Assembly (NCBI GenBank): GCA_032718475.1
Contig: JAUCBJ010008190.1
Span: 1-34,549 of the forward strand
From: Nemertoderma westbladi
Lineage: Eukaryota; Animalia; Xenacoelomorpha
DNA length: 34,549 nt
Direction: 5' to 3'
This document shows, piece after piece, positions 24,060-34,549 of this stretch (position 1 is the first letter of the stretch; each line of letters begins with the position of its first letter). Under the pieces are notes generated by a model. The model was not told the origin of the DNA and searched no databases. It saw only the letters and a list, made by a program, of their open reading frames with translations. Position numbers and translations under genes: made by a program.

Positions 24060-24530
24060 TTGTGCTCCAACTGCATTCCGGGTTGGAATGAATTTGCGAA
24101 AGAAAAGCGGGCTTCAGCGCATGCAGGATGCATTTCATCTTTAGTGCGGCCCAGATGTGGGCTTGTCTGGAAGGTAAAGCGTCCTCTCAATTTAAAGTAG
24201 CTTCCTTAGTGCAAACGGGAGGATGGTGCATTGCGGACAGATCTATTCGCGGCTTCTTTTATTAATTCAAGAAAATATTATTGGAGTTCAATAAAAAAAA
24301 AGTAACTACATCTAAAATGGGTTTAGAAACCTCTGTAAGTACTGCTCACATCGATGAATAGATTTCTAATTTATTCAAGACAAATTATTACGAATTTCTT
24401 AACTCTGTCCTTAAATCTGACGGCTCCAATAATGTACACATTTCTGCTGATAAGGTATCAGGACTGCGGAGAGGGGAGACTGTTGGTCTTGATGGATCTA
24501 TTGCTGTCAATTTTGTGTCTATTATTCAAT
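24060..24530 (+). mobile_element. Highly decayed LINE ORF2 fragment (EN-RT linker to start of RT)
   Basis: Broken-frame peptides IPGWNEFAKEK, DLFAASF...YWSSIKK, ISNLFKTNYYEFLNSV and GLRRGETVGLDG resemble the pre-RT region of APE LINEs. Confidence 0.55.
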
Positions 24531-25437
24531 TTTGTAGGCTACCAATTCAAATTTACTCAAAGAACATAACAAAATTAGCAAAACACATACTTTCTCCACA
24601 AATATTTAACCGGACTCATTGACCAAATAACATACAGTACAAGCGGACCAAAAAATAGATCTGGCCAAAAAAATATCAAAAGAACTAAACACATTCTTTT
24701 CGCACGAAATAATTTACTTATTGACCAAAAAAAAAATGAACTAATGTTATAAATTCAACCCAAACATTAAAACATCAGCCCCAAAACACACATATCTACT
24801 CTAAAACACATAAATCAAACAACAATACACAGTAGTCAGATATATGATATTTATTTCCATTAAGTCAGCTTTTTCTTTCCAAAATAATAAACGATGTTGT
24901 TAACAATATCGAATATAAAAATATATAATAATAATAATATACAGTATAAAAAATACTTTGGGACGAATTTAAATATTTTGGTACGAAAAGTATGTAATCT
25001 GGGAAAGAAATTATGTATTTGTACGAAGCTTTCATAGCTTACAGAAAACACGAAATTTGGTGATATCGTTTTGGGGGCGGTAAAAAAGTATTATTTGGTG
25101 CGAAAATCTAGGATTATTTTATCACTCAAGCGTATTTGTCTCAATCGTTAATTAACAAACTTTCTAGACTTGTTGTGGAATATCGATGCAAATCATATGT
25201 TTTGTGTATTTTGTAGCCGAGGCAGTGTCAATACTAGTACAGTAGTAGTGTGGGCTCATCTCTAATAACATTATGCAAGTAAATGCACATGAAACATTAT
25301 AATCTTGTGTAACAAGTATGTTGCCTATTACCATAATGCAATACATGTCAATAATATACCGCCACCATATTATGTATTTTTACGTCCATAGTTTATTGTT
25401 TTATCATCACTGTAACGGAACTGCGTTCCACGTGGTT

Positions 25438-25515
25438 TCATGGGATTTGCGGCGCCGGCACTGCCTGTAGAATTCCAGCGTGCCAAAGGACACGACAATC
25501 ACAGTGGTCTATTAC
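25438..25515 (-). CDS. Terminal coding exon of a putative cystine-knot protein gene
   Basis: Acceptor TGCGTACAG| followed by VIDHCDCRVLWHAGILQAVPAPQIP* (CxC motif). AATAAA on the minus strand at 25392-25397. Confidence 0.75.
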   Translation of the reverse strand, partial: VIDHCDCRVLWHAGILQAVPAPQIP

Positions 25516-25983
25516 CTGTACGCATCAAAATATAATAATAGTACAATATTATATATGATATGAAATGGGGATGGTACACGCATTGCTATAGATATATACT
25601 GCGCCGGGGGGCGCATGAGGGGAGTCAACGATGTTATAATGGCTACTCAAATCGAAACACTAAACAGCTACAGCAACCTGATTGTATATACAGTATGCAC
25701 AGACCGCCTAGGTTCTGGTTCAACGTTCGCGGTTATTGTCGTGCCATGGACACCATTGACCTGGCAAGACAACGTCGCCCATGCTAAAAACACTTCAGAC
25801 GTGGCCCAATATATCGAGATTATTTTACGTCGTTTTTTTTTTATTAAAATAACTTAAACTCTTTCAATTATTCTTTATTTATTTATAAATTAAATAATCT
25901 ATTTCTTTATTTGTTACATAAAAAACTCTTAAAAAGATTATTTTACGTTGTAATACATCATATGTTATTACGTATGTACATAC

Positions 25984-26243
25984 CTTGACCTCAATGGTCA
26001 CTGAGATGTTGTTTCCGCAGTCGAACACAACTGATATCTTGGGACCTTGGTAATGTGCCCAACAACGTCGTTGAAGGTGTCCCAATGGTGCGCAGTAGCC
26101 GCGACATGTACCCACGTTCACGTAATTCACCGAGGTACAAGTTAAGCCGCAGTTCTTTCCGCTTTCCCAACCCAGGGTGTGCTGGATCTTCTTCCACCTA
26201 TTCCAACGTTGGCAATGAAACCGTGGAGGAAGTAAGTTGTAAC
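25984..26243 (-). CDS. Internal coding exon (260 bp) of a putative cystine-knot protein gene (DAN / glycoprotein-hormone / CTCK-like)
   Basis: Acceptor TTACAG| and donor AAG|GTATGT. The open frame reads YNLLPPRFHCQRW...CGLTCTSVNYVNVGTCRGYC...RRCW...FDCGNNISVTIEVK, with CxGxC. It splices in phase 0 to the CxC exon. Confidence 0.8.
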
Positions 26244-26302
26244 CTGTAATAACATTTATCCATTGAATGTAAAATCTTTTTTTGCTTTTTGCAAAGCATT
26301 AA

Positions 26303-27400
26303 GGGGGGGGGGGGGGGGGGGGGGGGTAGCGCATTTTCTGAACAAAAAGTCGAATTTTTGAAACATTTGCTATCTAATGCAGAATTTCATGCTGAATCTA
26401 AATATGGAAACCATTTTCCCATATCTTGCTTAGTTTTCGAGATATCTGGGATATAAGACACTGGCTCCGATATATCGCGATATCGGTAAATGCGATGAAG
26501 TTTGGGGTTTGCATTCAATTTCTGCAAATTTCTGTGCTCAGTGGTGCCAATTGGATGCCTCCACGAGAAAGCACAAAACTTTAATTGAGAAGGTATTTTT
26601 TATGATTATTGGACCCACTGGTCAGGTTATAAGACAACTTCAAGTCTTCGGAACATCGGGACTCAATTAAGCGACTCTGCGGTCTTTGCGGGATTACTGT
26701 ATACGGAATAGACTTATCAGTCATCGGAGATCATCAAAAGTCCTAGTGGTCGTACGAAGTTCGTTTTGGGCTCATTTGAAAGCTCTTTTCTCAGAGAACA
26801 AAGTTACCATTTGGTTTGGCAAACTCTTGAAAGCTGCCTGAGCAATCATAACTTGAACAAAATTTGCAAGGCATATTTTACCTAAATTCATGTTATTCTC
26901 TTAGAAAAGAGCTTGCGATTGAGCCTAAAACTAACTTCGTACGACCACTAGAACTGGAGATTATACATTTTGAAAATCTCCGATGACCAATAAGTCTATT
27001 CCGCGTAATCCCGCAAAGGCCGCAGAGTCGCTTATTCGAGTCCCGTCATTGTTCCGAGAGACTTGAAGTTGTCTTATAACCTGACCAGTAGGTCCAATAA
27101 TCATAGACAAATACCTTCTCAATTAAAATTTTGTGCTCTTTGTCGTGAAGACATCCAATTGGCACCACTGATTACAGAAATTTGCCGAAATTGAAAGCAA
27201 ACCCAAACTTCATCCATTTACCGATATCGCGATATATCGGAGCCAGTATTTTCTACTCCAGATACCTCGAAAACTATGCAAGGTATGGGAAAACGGTTTC
27301 CATATTTGGATTCAGCATGAAATTCTGCATCAAATATGTTTCAAAAATAAATAACTTTTTGGGCAGAAAATGAGCTACCGCCCCCCCCCCCCCCTCCCCC
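26303..27400. mobile_element. Foldback / long-TIR non-autonomous DNA transposon with TTAA TSD (Kolobok-like termini)
   Basis: TTAA (26299-26302) then poly-G-TAGCGCATTTTCTG at the left end, and CAGAAAATGAGCTACC-poly-C then TTAA (27401-27404) at the right. Arms of about 500 bp are imperfect reverse complements. Confidence 0.88.
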
Positions 27401-27464
27401 TTAATTACTATCTTTATCTACATCCACTTTATTTCCATTTCAATCTTAATAATGAAATAAGGTA

Positions 27465-27950
27465 TTTTCTGGCCGATGTTCTCAATGAAGTCGCCTCAGA
27501 CGTGGAAACGGAGCCCCATTTACAGCCACTAGACGGGGAACAGTTTAGACTGCGGTCAACCTCAGTCTCACCCGACACACGACTCGATGTCGCGGCCAGT
27601 GGAATTTGGGGGGAGGTTCGAACGGGTTTATATGACGTTAAGGTTTTCAACCCCTTGTGCCCTTCCGATACGCGTACAACCGAGGCAGCTTATCATAAGC
27701 CGCGAAGAATCTGAGAAGAGGCGAAAGTACGAAGAAAGGATTAATATGGTGGAGCAAGCTGGGTTCTGCCCTTTTGTGGTGGCTGCGACAGTGGGTTACA
27801 GCCGTTCAGCTCATGCCTTCTTGAACAGAACTACACTGTTGCTTTCGGCAAAGAGGAATTCCCCTTACCCAGCAACCGGAAAAATTGTTGTGCACCCGTT
27901 TAAGTTTCGCCCTCTTGCGGTCTGCCAGCATTTGCATCCGAGGATCTAGC
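27465..27950 (+). mobile_element. CRE-like non-LTR retrotransposon 3' fragment (restriction-like endonuclease domain)
   Basis: DVETEPHLQPLDGE, RLDVAASGIWG, DVKVFNP, EKRRKYEERINMVE, FCPFVV, CIRGS, with frameshifts. Confidence 0.8.
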
Positions 27951-28346
27951 CCCACAGGACGAGAGTAGCACGATTGGCGGACAATACGAACCGATCGGCA
28001 GTCTCCTCGGCCGGCCTGGAGTCGGGGTAGACTCCAAAAAAATGGAAAACTGGAAGGGACCAAACAACAACTAACTATATTTAACTTCCAATTCTCATAG
28101 ATTAATTGTCCTATCTAATCTTGTGTAAAAATTATGACATTATTAATTTAATCCTGCATTATATATTAAAGTACCCGGCTTCCTGGTAGCTTAATTAAAC
28201 AAAAAAAAAGTTATGAATAAAAAAATTCAATCTTCTGCCTACTACATTTGCAAAAAGAGTTTCTTCCTTGAATTACCAAAAGGAAATATGAAAAAACCAA
28301 AGGGAAAAATGAAAGACCAAAATAAAGTCATTTTTCAAACTCTCAC

Positions 28347-28424
28347 ATTGTTCGTCTACTACACACCATCGCGGTTGCAAAAATGTAGATAATATACAAA
28401 AATAATTTTACTGGAGGGCTTTTC
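28347..28424 (-). CDS. Candidate signal-peptide exon for the cystine-knot gene (unverified)
   Basis: AG...GT-bounded segment translating KSPPVKLFLYIIYIFATAMVCSRRT. The phase at the best donor (GTGAGA) does not match the next exon, and there is no in-frame ATG upstream. Confidence 0.25.
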
Positions 28425-28714
28425 CTACCAAACTAAACATTAGCAAAAGTTGTATATAAAATCATAAAGTTGTATCGATATTCATAAAATTTGTCAAAAT
28501 ACCAAAAATTTAATATTATCTAACCTATAATATAGGTTATATAGTCAAGTTATCCGATTGTATATGAATGTCATATTATAATTATTTTATTTTATTTTAT
28601 GGGAAATATTTGTAATTATGCACTTAAACTTTCTAGAACAACCCTGTACCAGGAAAGTATGACTTGTATATTATACACACTTACTACACACTATTATACA
28701 CACTTTTATCTCGT

Positions 28715-28785
28715 ACTAAATTAGCCTAGTGGATAACGCTTTGGGTTATGAATGTAAAGGACGCTGGTTCGATTCTCACCTAATT
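28715..28785 (+). pseudogene. tRNA-like sequence (tRNA pseudogene or tRNA-derived SINE head)
   Basis: Pol III A box TAGCCTAGTGG (28722) and B box GGTTCGATTC (28766) at tRNA spacing. Acceptor and anticodon stems pair poorly. Confidence 0.6.
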
Positions 28786-29197
28786 AAATTCAAATTATTT
28801 AATTAATTAAATTAATTAATTAAAATCATTTTTGTAAGTTTTAGAATTGTTAAATTGTTATAGTGTGTATTCCAATGACGTCATATGATTATATTTAGAA
28901 TGACGCGGAGACATACTGGAAATACATAGTAAATGTATGGCATAGGGACATACTGAGAAATAATGTCGCATTGCGATATAAAGTTGAATCTCATGTCGCT
29001 CTGGCGATTTGATAGTGAGAAATTAATTCCATACAAATAAATAAATAATATTTAATAACATAGGCTAATTTAATTTTTTTTTTTTTTTTTTTTAGAAAAT
29101 ATTATAATAATGTAATATAAATATAATATATAAATCAACATTAATTACTGAACGTATTTAATATTTTGAGAGTTTCTAATTTGCATGTTATTATTAT

Positions 29198-30040
29198 TTA
29201 GATACCGGAACTGGCTGAAAGAGATAGAAAACCTGTTTCAGCGATTGCTTTGGTGGCTTTACCAGCAGCCTTTCTGTGGCTCCTTGAACCACGTAGACAC
29301 ATCACGGACGATCTCAGAAGGGCAAAACACATCTTTACTTGTAGGAGCGCTACCATTATGGAGTAAGGGGTATCACGCTTTGCAGACAGAAGCAAGGACA
29401 TGCGATTTATGAGCGCATTGGCCGATCTACTTAGACCTCCACTTGCTGCAGCTACAAAAGGGCAGAAGGCTGCATGTTCAACCATATTGATTCGCTCCTT
29501 GTACTTCCGTCTCTTTGCATTCTCGTGCATATTGTATGCAGCATCAATTGACCTTGGGTTGGAGTCGCAATGAGGATTGAAGACCTTCACGTCTACGTAA
29601 GTTCGCTCAAAAGCTCGCCAAGAGCTCGCCTCCCCATACACCCGAGGCTGCAACGTCCAAGTGAACATCATCCTCCCTTGTGGTGCTGAGCAAGCTGAAT
29701 TGTTCCTGTTCCACTTTCTGAAGATGTGGTTCCAACTCAACATCTTTAGAAATTTCCGAGAGGATTTCAGCTAGCAGATCTCGTTACTCGTTGTGTCTCA
29801 AGTATGGAAATCCACCTGTGGGGCAGTGTAGCGAATGACACACAGTGAAGGAAGCACCACAGACACATGTTGTGGGAAGTTTTGGTGGGGTCCACCCGTA
29901 CCGTAGGCAAAGGGCATCCCGAAATGCGGATTTGTGTAGAGAAAGCCCGTTGTTCGATATGGGTAGGACGCTCAGCCAAGCCGATGCAGCTTTTTCCTTT
30001 GCCAGATTGCGATGATATTGGGCATCCGGGCTTAGGAAGT
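29198..30040 (-). mobile_element. Second CRE-like non-LTR retrotransposon 3' fragment (CCHC finger and RLE)
   Basis: TCVCG...HSLHCPTGGFPYLRHNE, DVELEPHLQ, LDVAASGVWG, YVDVKVFNP, HENAKRRKYKERI, FALLRSSVMCLRGSR. Confidence 0.85.
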
Positions 30041-30044
30041 TGTG

Positions 30045-30140
30045 GAATTAATTAATTAATTAATTAATTAATTATTTATTAATAATTAATTAATCATTAA
30101 TTATTTGATTCAAAAATTAATTATTCAATATTAATTAGCT
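30045..30140. repeat. (TAAT)n low-complexity tract
   Basis: Directly visible. Confidence 0.8.
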
Positions 30141-30208
30141 ATGACAACAAAGTCATCTAAAATTAAATAATAAACTTGACATGATTAAACGTTATTTAAA
30201 TTGAGTTG

Positions 30209-30409
30209 CGCCGCGTTCACACTACCGGGTCAAAGTTAAAGTCAAAAGACAAAATTTAAAACATATCACATGAAATTTAATTTTTTCTAGAATGCCCTTA
30301 TGTATTATATTATGCTTATATAATGTATTATTATTTATTATTGCTAGCTACTGTAGCTATATTTATTTTATTTTGACTTTGACTTTGACACGGTAGTGTG
30401 AATGCGGCC
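30209..30409. mobile_element. 201-bp MITE, PIF/Harbinger-like
   Basis: TIRs of about 39 bp, (C/G)GCCGC(G/A)TTCACACTACCG.GTCAAAGT.AAAGTCAAAA, with TTG flanking both ends (30206-30208, 30410-30412) and an AT-rich interior. Confidence 0.85.
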
Positions 30410-30775
30410 TTGCTTACATTCTTTCTTTCTTAAAATAAAATATCATTTTTGGTATTTCTTGGCCAGGGCCAGCCCTTTATTGAACATGTTAACGATCATT
30501 GTGTAGTTTTATTCTTTAATTAATGTTTTTTGGCTGCAACGTTGTTATGTTAATTAAGACATCAATTTTTATGTATGTAATAATTTTAAAGGCATTGGTG
30601 TGGCCTGGGTGGTGCCCATTTTTTGTCTGAATTTTTCATGTGAAAATGACTATTATCGTGAAGTTGTTTGTTCTAGAACAAAAATTTAACCTTCTGACAA
30701 TAAGATGTGAGTATTATTTTGTATGGTTGGTAGCTAGTGTTTTTTATAGTATCTAGTGTTTTTAGAAGTGAGTTT

Positions 30776-33700
30776 TTTCCATAGGATTTAATTGATACTA
30801 ACTCACTTTCCATAGGATTTAATTGATACTAACTCACTTTCCATAGGATTTAATTGATACTAACTCACTTTCCATAGGATTTAATTGATACTAACTCACT
30901 TTCCATAGGATTTAATTGATACTAACTCACTTTCCATAGGATTTAATTGATACTAACTCACTTTCCATAGGATTTAATTGATACTAACTCACTTTCCATA
31001 GGATTTAATTGATACTAACTCACTTTCCATAGGATTTAATTGATACTAACTCACTTTCCATAGGATTTAATTGATACTAACTCACTTTCCATAGGATTTA
31101 ATTGATACTAACTCACTTTCCATAGGATTTAATTGATACTAACTCACTTTCCATAGGATTTAATTGATACTAACTCACTTTCCATAGGATTTAATTGATA
31201 CTAACTCACTTTCCATAGGATTTAATTGATACTAACTCACTTTCCATAGGATTTAATTGATACTAACTCACTTTCCATAGGATTTAATTGATACTAACTC
31301 ACTTTCCATAGGATTTAATTGATACTAACTCACTTTCCATAGGATTTAATTGATACTAACTCACTTTCCATAGGATTTAATTGATACTAACTCACTTTCC
31401 ATAGGATTTAATTGATACTAACTCACTTTCCATAGGATTTAATTGATACTAACTCACTTTCCATAGGATTTAATTGATACTAACTCACTTTCCATAGGAT
31501 TTAATTGATACTAACTCACTTTCCATAGGATTTAATTGATACTAACTCACTTTCCATAGGATTTAATTGATACTAACTCACTTTCCATAGGATTTAATTG
31601 ATACTAACTCACTTTCCATAGGATTTAATTGATACTAACTCACTTTCCATAGGATTTAATTGATACTAACTCACTTTCCATAGGATTTAATTGATACTAA
31701 CTCACTTTCCATAGGATTTAATTGATACTAACTCACTTTCCATAGGATTTAATTGATACTAACTCACTTTCCATAGGATTTAATTGATACTAACTCACTT
31801 TCCATAGGATTTAATTGATACTAACTCACTTTCCATAGGATTTAATTGATACTAACTCACTTTCCATAGGATTTAATTGATACTAACTCACTTTCCATAG
31901 GATTTAATTGATACTAACTCACTTTCCATAGGATTTAATTGATACTAACTCACTTTCCATAGGATTTAATTGATACTAACTCACTTTCCATAGGATTTAA
32001 TTGATACTAACTCACTTTCCATAGGATTTAATTGATACTAACTCACTTTCCATAGGATTTAATTGATACTAACTCACTTTCCATAGGATTTAATTGATAC
32101 TAACTCACTTTCCATAGGATTTAATTGATACTAACTCACTTTCCATAGGATTTAATTGATACTAACTCACTTTCCATAGGATTTAATTGATACTAACTCA
32201 CTTTCCATAGGATTTAATTGATACTAACTCACTTTCCATAGGATTTAATTGATACTAACTCACTTTCCATAGGATTTAATTGATACTAACTCACTTTCCA
32301 TAGGATTTAATTGATACTAACTCACTTTCCATAGGATTTAATTGATACTAACTCACTTTCCATAGGATTTAATTGATACTAACTCACTTTCCATAGGATT
32401 TAATTGATACTAACTCACTTTCCATAGGATTTAATTGATACTAACTCACTTTCCATAGGATTTAATTGATACTAACTCACTTTCCATAGGATTTAATTGA
32501 TACTAACTCACTTTCCATAGGATTTAATTGATACTAACTCACTTTCCATAGGATTTAATTGATACTAACTCACTTTCCATAGGATTTAATTGATACTAAC
32601 TCACTTTCCATAGGATTTAATTGATACTAACTCACTTTCCATAGGATTTAATTGATACTAACTCACTTTCCATAGGATTTAATTGATACTAACTCACTTT
32701 CCATAGGATTTAATTGATACTAACTCACTTTCCATAGGATTTAATTGATACTAACTCACTTTCCATAGGATTTAATTGATACTAACTCACTTTCCATAGG
32801 ATTTAATTGATACTAACTCACTTTCCATAGGATTTAATTGATACTAACTCACTTTCCATAGGATTTAATTGATACTAACTCACTTTCCATAGGATTTAAT
32901 TGATACTAACTCACTTTCCATAGGATTTAATTGATACTAACTCACTTTCCATAGGATTTAATTGATACTAACTCACTTTCCATAGGATTTAATTGATACT
33001 AACTCACTTTCCATAGGATTTAATTGATACTAACTCACTTTCCATAGGATTTAATTGATACTAACTCACTTTCCATAGGATTTAATTGATACTAACTCAC
33101 TTTCCATAGGATTTAATTGATACTAACTCACTTTCCATAGGATTTAATTGATACTAACTCACTTTCCATAGGATTTAATTGATACTAACTCACTTTCCAT
33201 AGGATTTAATTGATACTAACTCACTTTCCATAGGATTTAATTGATACTAACTCACTTTCCATAGGATTTAATTGATACTAACTCACTTTCCATAGGATTT
33301 AATTGATACTAACTCACTTTCCATAGGATTTAATTGATACTAACTCACTTTCCATAGGATTTAATTGATACTAACTCACTTTCCATAGGATTTAATTGAT
33401 ACTAACTCACTTTCCATAGGATTTAATTGATACTAACTCACTTTCCATAGGATTTAATTGATACTAACTCACTTTCCATAGGATTTAATTGATACTAACT
33501 CACTTTCCATAGGATTTAATTGATACTAACTCACTTTCCATAGGATTTAATTGATACTAACTCACTTTCCATAGGATTTAATTGATACTAACTCACTTTC
33601 CATAGGATTTAATTGATACTAACTCACTTTCCATAGGATTTAATTGATACTAACTCACTTTCCATAGGATTTAATTGATACTAACTCACTTTCCATAGGA

Positions 33701-34549
33701 TTTAATTGATACTAACTCACTTTCCATAGGATTTAATTGATACTAACTCACTTTCCATAGGATTTAATTGATACTAACTCACTTTCCATAGGATTTAATT
33801 GATACTAACTCACTTTCCATAGGATTTAATTGATACTAACTCACTTTCCATAGGATTTAATTGATACTAACTCACTTTCCATAGGATTTAATTGATACTA
33901 ACTCACTTTCCATAGGATTTAATTGATACTAACTCACTTTCCATAGGATTTAATTGATACTAACTCACTTTCCATAGGATTTAATTGATACTAACTCACT
34001 TTCCATAGGATTTAATTGATACTAACTCACTTTCCATAGGATTTAATTGATACTAACTCACTTTCCATAGGATTTAATTGATACTAACTCACTTTCCATA
34101 GGATTTAATTGATACTAACTCACTTTCCATAGGATTTAATTGATACTAACTCACTTTCCATAGGATTTAATTGATACTAACTCACTTTCCATAGGATTTA
34201 ATTGATACTAACTCACTTTCCATAGGATTTAATTGATACTAACTCACTTTCCATAGGATTTAATTGATACTAACTCACTTTCCATAGGATTTAATTGATA
34301 CTAACTCACTTTCCATAGGATTTAATTGATACTAACTCACTTTCCATAGGATTTAATTGATACTAACTCACTTTCCATAGGATTTAATTGATACTAACTC
34401 ACTTTCCATAGGATTTAATTGATACTAACTCACTTTCCATAGGATTTAATTGATACTAACTCACTTTCCATAGGATTTAATTGATACTAACTCACTTTCC
34501 ATAGGATTTAATTGATACTAACTCACTTTCCATAGGATTTAATTGATAC
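30776..34549. repeat. 31-bp tandem satellite (TTTCCATAGGATTTAATTGATACTAACTCAC), about 122 copies, running off the window end
   Basis: Exact 31-bp periodicity; no variant unit noticed by eye. Confidence 0.98.

Noticed and set aside
25560-25857. Short + strand ORFs and a small hairpin (about 25736-25772)
   Set aside because: They lie in the intron of the cystine-knot gene, have no recognisable motif, and the stem is imperfect.
28715-28785. Functional tRNA gene
   Set aside because: The acceptor and anticodon stems do not pair properly.
30776-34549. 31-bp repeat as a CRISPR array
   Set aside because: Units are head-to-tail with no spacers, there are no cas genes, and the context is eukaryotic.

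Overview
Eukaryotic (probably invertebrate animal) repeat-dense DNA with no prokaryotic genes. Positions 1-21.5 kb are a nest of decayed retroelements. An RTE-type LINE (1-1193, minus) adjoins an inverted, internally deleted BEL/Pao LTR-retrotransposon copy (about 1190-4230). Next come a recent copy of the 3' end of the main element (4231 to about 5440) and the main BEL/Pao element (5325-21521, LTR-gag-PR-RT-RH-IN-extra ORF-LTR). The main element is interrupted by a 2.3-kb TG..CA insertion (GAACC TSD) and a 3' RTE fragment. Its decayed extra ORF after integrase appears to encode a DEDDy-like 3'-5' exonuclease plus three CCHC zinc knuckles. Positions 21.5-30.7 kb hold DNA-transposon relics (TTAA foldback element, Harbinger-like MITE, piggyBac-like element with a solo LTR), two CRE-like RLE retrotransposon fragments and a tRNA-like head. 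They also hold two spliced exons of an apparently intact host cystine-knot protein gene that the ORF track does not assemble. The last 3.8 kb is an apparently invariant 31-bp tandem array running off the window end. All domain calls come from motif recognition by eye; no searches were run.
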